A DNA stretch of 64,000 bases from the NCBI GenBank assembly GCA_000934665.2, contig JYFJ02000541.1, forward strand, positions 62,001 through 126,000, read 5' to 3'. This stretch comes from Catajapyx aquilonaris (taxonomy: Eukaryota). Positions within the stretch are counted from its first letter, which is position 1, and every line of letters starts with the position of its first letter. The notes below the pieces were generated by a model that did no database searches, was not told the origin of the DNA, and saw nothing but the letters and a program-made list of their open reading frames with translations. A program made the translations under genes and the position numbers. Positions 51,401-64,000 of the stretch are shown piece after piece.

Positions 51401-54400
51401 TTTATATCTGGAAGTGCAGTTTTTGCAGTGCAACGTAATTAGTCTGTCATTGTCACTAATGACAAACTTAATTGTTCCATCAATTTGTTGAAGTTAATAA
51501 TCCGATCAGGCTATAGTCTAGCACCAATGAAGTCGGACCATTAGAATGAACGTTAGCAGCTTACTGTAGGGTAATGAAATGTCAGGTGCACCCAGGATGG
51601 AGCATTTAATACTCTAGAGGTAAACAGGCTAGAATCCCCCCCAGCACATGTTTGCTATTCGATGTTAATTATTGACTGCTGAAGTCTACAAACGCAGATC
51701 TTGCCAATTGAATAGCCACATCGCAAATGCAATTATGTGGAAGTAATTCGTTTCTTGTCACGTTGGAGCTATAGATTAGCCTGTCAAACAAGAGAAGCTG
51801 TTGTGTTGCATATCAGTACAGGATGAAAGCTCTTTGGCTTAAATTTTGTTTTTACATCAGATCCTGCCTGAGGGACTAACATGAAAGTATAGAGGGCTTG
51901 TGAGCGGAAGGCGAGACGTGACAAAATTTTGTACGAAGGGTACGAGGTGTGAACGAGGATGCTCGCTGGTAGTTTTAAAAAATCCCACCATTATGAGGGA
52001 AATTAGGAGACATTAGAGCGTTTTATGTGATACCTTTCATTTTGCTCATCTACAGGTTAATTAATTGAATATTCCAGCCGCTAATTGTTTCAGTGGTGCT
52101 AATTACTGCCTGGTGGTACGAAAAGGGTGCATATTAAGCAGTGTATGATCTGACATTATCGTTCAGCTGTAACATTGCCAGTAATTGCAATTATGACAGA
52201 ATTTGATATTGACGAATTGAAGCATAGCTCAACAAATTGTGTGTGTTCCTGTAGGTTTCAACTGGGCAGGGTCCAGTGTCACCCGGCGTGAAAGCGACGT
52301 TAGCGAGCATTGTAAGCATCTCTGGCTAGGAGAGTAATTGGTACATAATAACAGCAGTTGAGCATCAGCCAGCTAGGGAAAATTGCTTTCCAGTAAGGGC
52401 AGTAAAGCGAAAGCAAGTTGCTTAATGGCTTCCTCACACCGAGGAAAACTCAACTTCTCATTACCCCCTCCCCAAGCTCTTGCGCCCCTCTTCCTGCGCT
52501 ACGTCTTTATTGATTCGCTTCTTTTTCTCCTCCTTTTTCTATCCGAACTGCGATTGATACAGTACCTTCCTTTAATACCATTACCGGAGGGCTACATCTA
52601 GCCGGATTAGAGAGAGAGGGGTTTATACTTTGGAAGGAACATGTGCACTGTGCAGGTGAAATGAGTTTCTCACATGCTAATCGATTCCATGGCGGAATTT
52701 GCAAATTGATTTGCATGTGTCAATCAAACTTGCCAATTAGGAGCGGAATTATAGAGAAAAAAAACTGGGGGTTTTGCAGATGTCCCAGATGGGGAATGGG
52801 GGCAGAGGATGCTCACTTGTAAATAGTGCAGAGTATGGTGCAGGGCTGCAAACACATTTGAAAATCTGGGGGACTCTTTGGGGTCTCATTCAATCTCCTT
52901 TGAGAGCGGCTTTGATCTTGCGCGTCTCTGAAGCGAGGTCTTGCTTTTTTTTTGCAGATTAGCGGATTCCCAGCCAGGTGTATATGATCATACAAAAAAA
53001 TAGGGAAGAAATGAGCCTGTGGGGTGTCATGTTAATTAGCACGTAATATAAGTCAAATTTGACATTTTTTTGTGGTCCAGACTGCACATGCTGTAAGGTG
53101 GGAGACAGCAGATGGTGTTTGACATTTTGGAAATGCGTGCTTTGTCCTCGTGGTTTACTTTGTATGAGCAGTCATGAAAGCGGAAAAATTATTTATGAGC
53201 GAGGGTACTGTACAGGGCGAAAAACATGCGGGGGTAAAAAGGTAGAGTTATTGCATTCCATGAGCCCGGGCTCTCTCCCACACACTCGCGTCATGTGCAG
53301 GAAAAGGCCCTGTCGTTCTGCAGTTCTGGCAGTGCGACGCATAAATGCTTCAATTACACAATCGAATTGCAGTTGTAATGTGTTATTAAATTTGTTAACA
53401 AGGCCAGAGCAATTTGGCCACTGAAGATATTAATACGAGGGTGATTAAATTGCAATATAGATTGAATTGAATTAAACTGATGTGATTATGATCAATAACT
53501 ATTGTGTCGACAAAACTCCTAAAACATTTGTTTAATGTTATTTTTGTTAGCTTGTGTTCGTGCACAAAAAGTCAGGCAGTTTAAATTGTGCACCTTTGAA
53601 CCGCATGTCACGTGTCAGGAACCGCACTTCATAAGCGAAAAAAAAAGATAACTTTTTGTGCATGCAATAGCACACGTAAAAATAACTTCAAACGATCCGA
53701 TGCAGTGCTTTTGAAAGCACTGGGGAAATTTCCCCGGTCCCAACCTCCCAGCTTTTTGTAACCAGAAGCTTGCCCTTGACAGCGCTGTAACCCTACAATT
53801 GTAACTGTTATTGCAGTCTCATTTTCCCAGGCTGTTGGTGCCGGCGGGCAATGACGCAAAACGCCCACACACTGTTACACAATGGGGGGACCAGGTTCGT
53901 CAGCCACGACAATGTGTCCCAAACCGTCGAGCCCTTATTTGGATAGGAACTCATAGCAAAGCACTTACATCATGGCGTGGAACAGTAAAAGCAGTGTGAT
54001 CCTCCAGGGACGTCCCAATAACAGTTACAGCTAAATTTTCAGTTTTTTTGGGGGGACTCCCAATTTGTCTGGTTGCTAGAGTGAGCGGTGCTTCTTGTTG
54101 GCTGATTACTTTGCCATCGCCCCTCGGAATGCAATTTGCAGGAGGTGGGGGTAAGTTGTGCCGTCCCATAGGGGGGGTGCACTGTATACGGGATTTTCCA
54201 GTGGGGCCTTTGCTTTGCCAGAGAGAAGAGGGGGGGCCAAAAGTTTGGGAGAGATTGCGGGGGCCTGTTGGGAGTTTGGCCAAGTCAGGGCCGCCAGACC
54301 AATGTTTCTTCAGGACCGGGTTCTAGACCGCGACTCATCTGGAGTCTGGGCCTGTGGTTGGGATGTAATTGGGCTTTTAAGGGCCTGTGGTTTATTATGC

Positions 54401-57007
54401 ATAGGGGCATGGTTTATGCAGTTTTTGGTGCGTGGTTTATTGTGCACTGGATGGCCCTGCTGGATATGTAGGGGGGAAAAAAAGTTGGGAGACGTGGAAT
54501 TATACCGGATGATGAAGCCAGTTGGGATCATCTGCAGAGTTACGAGTACAGGGTGTTTCATTACGATCCTGACAAATTGTTTCCTCTGGAACACACGAAC
54601 GTCGCGTGACAAATTCCCCTCTCTGCGATTCGGAAGTGTCAGGCATTGACAACCTGGTGAGGTATGACCACCCGCCCGCCCGATTGAGACAGAAGCGACA
54701 TTTGGGCAAGCCCTTCTGACACCTACTTGGACACCTTTCGACCAGGTGATGGGTACGGGCTGCCCCCGAAAAAAAAAAAAAACAGTCCATTCACGAAGAC
54801 AAACTGCTTCCTGCCACTGTCTACTTTGTCTCCAGCAGATCCGCTCAGAAGGTGACAAATCTTTTGAACTTGGCGTGCACCCCATTTTTGCGGGGTATAA
54901 AAGATGCCTTTAAAGCACCTCCCTTTGGTATACAGAGGTGACGACCTTCTTTTTTTTCAAGCATTATTGGGCAGACCCTTGGGTAGGACGTGGGGCACTT
55001 TGTCTCGATTTGCTTGGCGATTCGACATAGGAACGCTATTTGGTAGCTGAGTGCTGGAAAGGAGTTGGAAAGAAAGATGTGAATTGCTCCTCTCACCTTA
55101 TTTGATTTCCTAGGAGGTTGCCTAGGCAATCTTGCATTCATAACTGAAGATGGGGAAGGAAATATAGGGGGTTTGTAGAAATGGCATTGAAATCTGGGAT
55201 CTTGGGTCGGAATCAATCGGTGGAGAATCGCTAAAATGGTCATCATTTCTGGGTCGTTACGATTGTACTCAGTCACATAGAAAATTCTTGCACCCGCACC
55301 CATATCGATTTTCCTTCCGTCTCTATTATCTTGTTGGAATGTCATTAGGCTGATTCGGCTGATAGGATCAACAATGGAATTAGCAAGTCAATGAGGATAT
55401 AACGCTATTCTCTGATGCTAGGACTGGTGGGATGTCAACAACTAGTTTTTTTGTCCGGCCTTGGTTTTTGCAATGTACAATTTTAATGCGTGGGTCAGAG
55501 GTCGTTGCGCCGTGGAGTTTCGTCGAAGGGCTTTTTGCCAAGTACTTGTATAGGCCTATCCCTGCTGCAGAGAGAGAGCCCAATGGGATTGCACGAGAAA
55601 CAATCGGACGAGGGCTGCATGAATCCGGGAGGATTTCAACCGCTGGATACATAGTACCACATTGAAAGGCCCGGGCGGTAAATGTTGGCTAATTTATTAG
55701 CCCTACTTGCAATAGGATTGGAATGGGTTTGGGGAAACCCTTTTGGGACCCGTGGGTTTTTAATTGAAGAATGAATGTGGCTTAATTCTGACTGCGCCTG
55801 GGTTTTTTTTTTCTTTCCAAAATGGAGGCTAGCCCGTCATCAAATTGTCAGAGGGGGTGTACTCTCTAAAGGCTGGTTATAATGGGGAATATTTTACGTT
55901 CGGATTAGGTCTATTATCGTGAGAATAAAAAACTAACAATTGTTATGGTTTTTCATGCAGTGTGTGTTCGATGCTTGTTAGCACGAGGGATTTGTTTTGC
56001 GGTTCTGATTGGTTAGGGGGAAATGATACACTGTGGAATATGCCGCGGGGATTTCCTTCTTTACACCTTTGCTGAGCAAATTTTAATTAAGCGGATACTG
56101 TCCCGCGATTGCATTACGAGCACAAAATATTTGGGCAAAATGTCATCCTGGCAATTAGTCTACCAGTGTACAGGGGAGCCATGCCCTCGATAGTAAGGAT
56201 AAATTTGTTGCCAGTTAATGCTAAATATAAGTATAAAATATTAAAATCGGTAGTGTGTAAGGGGCTATAGGCACATTAGAAGCAATGCGTATGTCATGTT
56301 CGATGCATGATGCAGTAGGAGGATTGTCGGGAACAAAAAGTTTCACGACGTTGTTGCAGGCATTGATGAATAAATAACACCGTGCCTGGCAGTTCGTGGC
56401 GAAGAATCTGACAACCGCTAACTGTATGGTTTAGCAAAATGATAAAGTTACGTGTATTTCTGTCAAAAAGATGCTGCAGGCTCTTTCATCTTGTAACGTT
56501 TATTTTCCGGAAGATTATTCTCCTCTCTTTACGTAACACTATGATGATACGATTTAGAAAGGGAACATGTGTTGAAAAGTCCATGACATTCATTGCATAC
56601 GAATAGAGAGGTAACTACCTGGAGAGAGCTCATTAATTGATGTAACCTACTGGAATAATTTAGCTAATCAACCAGCCGGTGTGTGCCGTTTGAACCGTTT
56701 ATACTGGGCTCATTACTGCTATTTATAGGCGGTATGATCTGCCTTGGTTAAATCAGACGCTTACAATAATTGTGCCCTTTTCTGTACATACGATGATCCT
56801 AATTTGAAAGTATACTTACACAGGCTGTGCGAATTGGATTTTGGCGGGTTGCCACTAGGGTTAACACGCGTGCATGCCTAAATATTTATTAGCTGTCACG
56901 GGTTATAGCTATTGTCACACTCGGTTACTAGTACGGTTTTCAATTTCTGGCAGCAACGAGCATTGGTTTACAATAGCAGATAGCCCTCACCTGCTCGGAT
57001 TTGCAAG

Positions 57008-57066
57008 TAGCGGCCTTGTTGGAAACGTGGTCCTGTGGTTAACCAGGGACCTGGGTTCGACCCTGT
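57008..57066 (+). mobile_element. Possible tRNA-derived SINE head (Pol III A/B-box remnant)
   Basis: TAGCGGCCTTGTTGG (A-box-like) and CCTGGGTTCGACCC (B-box GGTTCGANNC) at tRNA-like spacing, with no complete cloverleaf. A similar, more degenerate head lies near 22536-22580. Confidence 0.35.
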
Positions 57067-60000
57067 TCAGACAGTAAGTATCACAGGCCTAATTTCCACG
57101 GCGAATTTTACGAATTTTGTTATCGTATGTTTTGTGAAAGATTCGTTTGGTTCGAGCCACTCTGGCGAATCTTGTGAAAATGATATATTTTCCCTCAGCA
57201 CCGACGGACGGGGGAATTTGATTGGCATGTTTCGTCCAGTGAATTCGGCTCTGATCCAATCGGAATATATTCCGCGTGGACGAGTATTGACAGCGGAGAT
57301 TGGCGTCGTTTTCCCCAGCCATCCAACCCGCAACATTTCAGGAGCGAAAAAAAAATATGTAGAAACAGAAGATATTTTTAGAGGGGAAGGGCATGCAAGT
57401 TTTGTCAACCTGTCGCAAACATCTGATGTCTCTGTCAATCACCTCCCATATTTTGTTAAAAAAAATTCTGAAGATTCATTTTTGGCGGAAACTATACCCC
57501 CGTTTTCTGGCTACTCCATCGGTGGCGGTTGGTAGCCTCATTGCTTCCACAAACTGCTCCTGGGATTATTGATATGGTTCCCTGCTGAGCTTGGCAACGT
57601 TGGAGGAAACTTTGTGACGGCGGCGTTTATTGGGCTGGGTCTGTTGTGCGCGATATATTTTTTTTAAGCGAAAATAATTCAAACCTGGGAAACTGCAGGG
57701 GTTTCTGGGGGGGGGAAAAAATGGTTGGGTCGAATGTGGCGAAGGAGACGGGTGTCCGGGACGGGGTGACGTCACATGCAGAACAACGACCCGGAGGCGT
57801 TGCCGGTGTCGGGAGCATGCAGTGTCTGGTGATGTCAGTTGGGTGTAAAGTCGCAGCTTATGGCGTTGTTAATAGCCATTTTAACAGCTGTGAAGTATCT
57901 GGTGATTAATCTGCCTCCGACCTAAGTTAAGATGTGGCATCATGGTGTGTCAAGTCAGGCACGTCAGTGGGTACAGTTGATGAAAACTGGCTGTCACGTG
58001 CCTAGTTTGGGCTCGTTGAGAAATTATTATTTAACACCGTAGGTGCATTAACAGGGCTTGTGGTGGGTGCACCGTACCCGTAGCGAGAAGTAACTGTACA
58101 GGAGCGCCACCTGGGAGCGTGTGGAGCACCCTCTAGTGGAAGGTGTGTGGGAGGGCGCTAAGTAACAAGGGATGTAGTCCGAGAGGTGGCGCACCCAGTG
58201 TGTAGCGGTACGTCGGGGATAGGTGGGAATAACGTACAAGGGTTGGCTAATACTAGTATATTACAATATGATACATAAATACAGTGAGAGGGAGTAGGAA
58301 GGAAGAAAGGAAGGAAAGGACCTGATCAGGCAAAGGATAGGGTGAAAGAGGGTCGAGCCCACCAGTCCAACTCCTATTTATGGAGTACTTCTCTGTGGGG
58401 GTCAAGGTAGGGAGGGTTGGAAGAAGGGTAGCAAGAAGGACGCGGGTTCATGACCCGATAAGTCTATGGAGGAGAGGAGAGAGTGAGCTGGACAGGAAGG
58501 GACTAATTAGCAGGAGGGGGAAGGTGGGTGGTGAGTAAGGACCGGTATAAGTGGGGATAGAGATAACCTCCAACGGACATGCAAACAAACGTCGTTGACA
58601 GTATTAGGTGAAATATTATTGAGAATGATAGAAATAGTGTCAGCTACAGAATTTAACACTCCCATCGGATTGAGTAATCGAGTGCGTGAAATAGAGGCGG
58701 GCATTCAAGTGCCAATGGAAATTTTTGACGAGATAATGACCTGGAAAATTCCGTTTGAATTTGTCGTTTCGACGAATTCCGAACGTCAAACGGGGGGTGA
58801 TCTTGGAAATATCGACGTCCCTTCTTTTTTTTTAAGGCTTAAGCTGGAAGGGGTGCAACGTCAGCAGTTTACGCTGGAATAATTCGTCGTAAGAGGAGGG
58901 CTGGTTGGTGCAAAGTAGGAAATCTTGACGTTGGTCCGGATTGAAAGTTGAAATACTGGAGCCATTACTCTCACTCTACATGGATATAGCGGGGTCTAGC
59001 ATGCTGCAGGGTGGTTCGTGAGGGGGATGGATTTAAATAGAGTCACGGAATAGGGAATGCTATTTTGGATCAGGATATGAGCAAAATTCGTGAATTCCGG
59101 GGATTTTGGGCTCTCACTGGCTGAGCCTGTTGATTTCAGGTATGAAAAGCACCGCGTCATTGTTTCGTACTTTGGAAAGCAAAATGACAATCGCACATGA
59201 TGCAGCTCGACATATAGGCTAATGCAAGGCATCCTTTCATTGTGCCGGCGGCCTATTCATGAGTGCTGTTAGTGCCATATGTGTTCCTGGTTATGAAGCC
59301 ATTTGATATGCTGCATGGAGACAAAACGTTCTTAACTGAATATGGTAATTTTTGGACTGGAAATATGCAGAGCGTTCCGATCATAAACTGGCTACCCGGC
59401 TGGCACGCAGGTAAAGTAAACCTTAGTATATTAAATTTAAATATAAATTTGCATAAATATATTTGACTGCTGAATTTGCATAGGATCCAGGCATGATGTT
59501 CAAGTATATGAGGACTGATGGAGTTGCATTACTACATGAACTACTTCCACGTGACGTCACGTCTCCGAGTGCTGGGTTTTCTGGCATGCAAGGAATGAAA
59601 GCGGGCCGCGGTCGACAGTTACAAATAGTCACCAGAAAGAAGTCAGATTTCTGGCCGATACAGGACCAAAAAGAACCACTTCGTCTTTTTCTCCACTGCG
59701 AGGGGCACTTGGAAGGGGCCTGACCTGGAAGAAGCTCCCAATATGTCTCCCCCGTGCATAATGACAATCAGTATAGCTAAATGTAATGGAAAATTAACTG
59801 GAGAATTCAGTGAGAATTTATGTGAAGGATTTTTTTAAAAATCTGTGTCTCCCTCGGGAAATGTTAAAATAAAGGGTCTGTCCTAATGGACACCTTGTGT
59901 GTGGCCTGGAGTGTACAAGAGTTGAGTACATGTCTTGTTTTTTTTGTTTTTTATTTTTTTAAATGTGTGATTCGTACTGGAGCGTAGAGGGAAGATGTCT

Positions 60001-62800
60001 GGCGGAAAATGCGATTATGTCAGACTCGGTTTTCCGCTCCCGCACCGAAAATGTGGTTCCGCAACCATTGTCCGAGGGAGATGAAAAGAGGTAGGTAGGC
60101 CACTTTGGACGTGGCTGGGTGGTCATGTTCTATTAAACGGTTATAAGCTCCTTTCTTCTGATTAGCTTTTCGTGACTGACTAAGAGGATTGGTGGGAGAA
60201 GGACGCGATTAGTCTGATTACGCCACTAGGCGAAAGCTTCGTTAGCGTTATGGTGCTTCGCATGCAATTAATTACAGGCTACAGGTAACCGACATGTTTG
60301 GTTGGGTTTGATGACTTGATGCACAGGGTTTTGGCCTGGCTCGCTTCTTGTGTTGATGATTATGCCACGTGGATGGATGATGTCAATTTTTTTTTTAAAA
60401 AGCAGTAGTTATGACGAGGGCTAACTAATGCAGGGAAGTTGTGGTTAGATAACAAATCCTCAGCGTTATTTATGGGCCTAATAAATACGCCGTTTATTCG
60501 GATATAGGTGGTGATAATACTACGATAATAATTCGGTTGATTTCCCTCTATGACTCTTATCATCCGCGTGGCTTCATCAAGGGTTGCCACATTTGGTGTG
60601 AATTATGTGAACTGGGCCACTAAATGTTGGGTTTGTTTAGCGCATGGTAATTAAACTATGCGATATTGCCATGTAGAATCATTCTTGACAGCTGGATACT
60701 GCGATATACTGTACTAGCACTTATCATAATCACTAGAGTAGTACTACTTTTTGATTAATTTATGGAAGGCTTTATGACTCTCAATTGATTTTCACGCAGT
60801 ATCAATACAGCTAATATTCTTTGAATGAATGTGTGAAGTTCGTGGAAATTCAAACATTGATCTTTCGCCAGGTATACGGTTCGGAATGCGTATAGCATAA
60901 GCAAATAAAAGGTATTAACTCATGCGGTTTCATACACTGAGAAGATTAAAAGCGCACTGTTCCAGTAATTTTCAGCAACGTGTCAGTTATACAGCAGGTA
61001 TAGATAGATGAGTCGCAAAAAAAATGGCCGAATGATCATACGTTAGACTTATATCAGTGAGAATAGACTTTGTAGGCAGCGTCGCTATCTCCAGCTTGTA
61101 TCTGTGAAATGAACTGTGGCAGCATATTAGGGAGGCCTGGTAATAAATAAGGATTACGTTGCTGAGAGGACTTCGCGATGAGTCTGTAGGGCAATTAGTC
61201 TTGTAAATTGCGCCTGGGAAGGAAAGAAGCAGGGGAAAAGGTGTGCAGAAAAATGGAGGATTTTTCTTCTACTTTTCCTTCCTGATGTTAGAAATGGTTA
61301 AAAGCCGGGCTTGTTTCCGACTCTTGATCAATAGTTACAAACGACGAGATGTCCCTCTCCGGAGGGAGGCAGTCAGTCCGCCAAGGGAGTGATAAATAAT
61401 GAGGAATTCCCTCTTCCGGGATAATAGCATTGCAAGCAAGCTTCTGTTGGAGACATTAACAGGCATCGGGTTAGTTTCCTTGCGACTTCCGCGCCGACCT
61501 TATTGACTGTGAGATAGATAACGAGATACATTGTTGTGAAATATGCGGCTGGTACTGGCCCAGATTCTTTAGCCTTTGTGTATATATCTATTTGTAGAGT
61601 CGACTTCGATGGAAGCGGCTTTTCTCAGTAGCTGCACGAAACCTTTTTCGTTCCACTTGTCATCCCATTACCGAGTTCTCCGTTTCAGAAATTGAACGTG
61701 ATTCACTCAGATTTTCTATTTGAAAACGCATCATGTCAAATATAGTATTGAGAGAAGCGCGCTCCTTTGCAGCAATCAAGTTCTCTTCACATCAAAGTAC
61801 GTTTTTGATTGATTGACTCTACAGTACACTACTTTGCTTTCCTATATATTTTTTAAAAGGATTTGTGCACGGGGAATACGCAGTTTTTTTTTTTTTTTTA
61901 GCCCGGCTGGATTTATCTTTTTGGCACAATTATAGGCATCTTATTGGCAAGTTATGGCATCGGTCCTCGCCAGGGCGTGACGAATACCGAGACGGTGCAG
62001 TTCAGGTTGACACGACCGAGATATTTATCGTCCCCTGCGGAGTTTCCCAGTCTGCGTCAGCCCCCGTTTTGCTGAGAGAATAATAAATCCAGCCCAGCAG
62101 CACATTACACAAAGATGTCTCTGCTGCCGGATAGCATGCACTTGGTGTACATGTTGTACCTTTCGAACCTTAGGAGAGAAAAAAAAAACCCTCAAAGAGG
62201 GGGCAGCATCAGGCAGAAGCAATATTGCAGGACATTAAATTTTCTTGCTCCGGAACAGGTGGTTCCAAAGGGGTGCGGTGCAAATGGGAGGACGTGGCGC
62301 TGGGATTTTAGAGACAGAGTCTGGAACCTTGCTGCAATTCCTCGGATGATACTTCTCATATTTTTTTTTTGTAAGGTTGCTACGCCTTCTTCTTCGTCTA
62401 TCTTTTTGGACGCGGAGGATGCTACCAGGCGAAAAAGAGGGGTCTTGCCGGTCGATTGCAGCTGAAGATTCGGATGTCGACTTGTTATGAGATCGAATTT
62501 GAGCGCCTTTCATGTGCTACGATTTGGATGTACGGATCCTTTTTACACGGAACGTATTCTAGAGGAGATAAAGAAAAAGGGAGTTGAGGAAGACGCCTCG
62601 GGAAAATATGGAGTTTGGTTATCTCAAGAGATGGTTTTTTGTGACTGGCATATGCCGAACTGCACCTAGAGCCGAATGCCATTTGCATCGTGGATATAGT
62701 GAGCTGGGTCTCAAAGTGAGCTGGTTCGACGTGCCAGAAGTGTTTATTAAGTTTTTTTAAAAAAATGTCTAGGAATATGGTTGTATTTAGTATCATTTTT

Positions 62801-62930
62801 CATCATCATCATCATCATCAATTCATCATCATGAAAAATCATGTGTCTGGTCATCACTGGTCACCCCTTCATGGGATCAATGTCGTGATCAATATGAATG
62901 AATGAATGAATAAATGAACGAATGAATTTA
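62801..62930 (+). repeat. Short (CAT)n and (GAAT)n microsatellites
   Basis: CATCATCAT... at 62801-62832 and GAATGAATGAAT... near 62896-62925. Confidence 0.85.
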
Positions 62931-64000
62931 TTCTGATTGGGGCATTCCACGGTAACGGACGGGACAAAAAAAAATATGGATTTTGTGTTTTCAAGTATAA
63001 ATTCTGTAGGTATCAAAGTGTTTTTGAATGTATTGTGACACTTGAAGGACAATATAGTGAAGGTGTTAAGATTTATGGAACTTCAGCTGTTGGTAATTTA
63101 GGTTTTAACATGGTGATTTAATTACATTAAGTAGGGTAAATGACGGGACAGAAAATGGGCATTTATCCGAATTGTAGCACATGTAATAGAAAATTTTTGT
63201 TTGAGTGTTATTCCACAGAAATACGGAAATTTAGGTTAAGATGAAAGTTTAAATAGGAAAAAAAGCACTTTTCACCAAAATGTCCATTTTCACATGGAAT
63301 GACCCATTTATTTTGTATTATATTTGATCTGTATTGCACATGAACGGCCGACTTTTTGGACGCTCTCCGGACAGGTATCGAAGCATCGCACGTTACTCCA
63401 AGGACTCCATTGACCACTTTCGTCTGCAACACTTCCGAAAATAGAGTATTTCAGACCACTTCGACGCTAAGAGCGGACCTGGTCCAACTTTGCGATTTAA
63501 TTACAGAATCTGGCGCGGGTTTTGCAAGAGTCTGCAGCAGCCGACTAGTTGAAAATTTCATTCCGTTCCTTGTGTCCTTCTATCCCGAGGTTTCCGACCA
63601 CATGAAAGTAGTGTCCGGCGTGAATAGGTTTTTTTTTTTTTGGGTGTTCCACCGTAAAAGGGGATGGTGAGTACCACCGCTGCTCCTTCTTCCTTCGTCT
63701 TCCTCCTCCTGTGTGCCGGCTTCCTTCATCGCAAATCGATTGAGCTGGAGCACAGGCCCCCCCATGCAGCAACCAGAGAGAGGGGATGCCCGTGCGTGGG
63801 GAAAGAGACGAGGCACTCCCTGCGCATGGGTGGGGCTCATTGTCCGCCGGTACACCCAAGTCGTCGTCAAGTGGAGGTTCTGACCCACCCCTCAGAAAGT
63901 TTGAGTCTATATAAACACCTTGGTGCGTCGAAATGGGTGGAATAGGAATTGGAGGGTGGGATGAGTTTTTTTTTTTATTATTTTACGGGCGAAGGCGGAC

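Overview
This is eukaryotic, intron-rich genomic DNA. It is metazoan and most likely arthropod, judged from the PAN-ZP protein and the gene structures; most entries in the ORF track are spurious. Four spliced genes can be rebuilt by hand. (1) A minus-strand secreted PAN/Apple-domain protein of the cuticle/apical-ECM PAN(-ZP) type, with coding exons 4317-4017 and 40-1, running off the left edge. (2) The last five WD40-encoding exons of ATG16L1/Atg16 on the plus strand (37121-38858). I could not find its upstream exons in the window, which suggests the PAN gene is nested antisense in a >37 kb Atg16 intron. (3) A complete 3-exon, 211-aa UBA-domain peptidyl-tRNA hydrolase 2 (41634-43513). (4) The first coding exon of CASK (44731-44789), followed by a >19 kb intron. 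Non-coding structure includes two TA-flanked pogo/Tigger-type MITEs, a decayed RTE-like LINE reverse transcriptase, three long near-perfect hairpins or palindromes, microsatellites, an IR1 ecdysone-response-like element and a cluster of CTCF-like motifs. I see no prokaryote-type system (CRISPR, operon, rRNA) and no clearly new biological system. The best leads are the nested gene arrangement, the UBA-PTH2 fusion and the hairpins.
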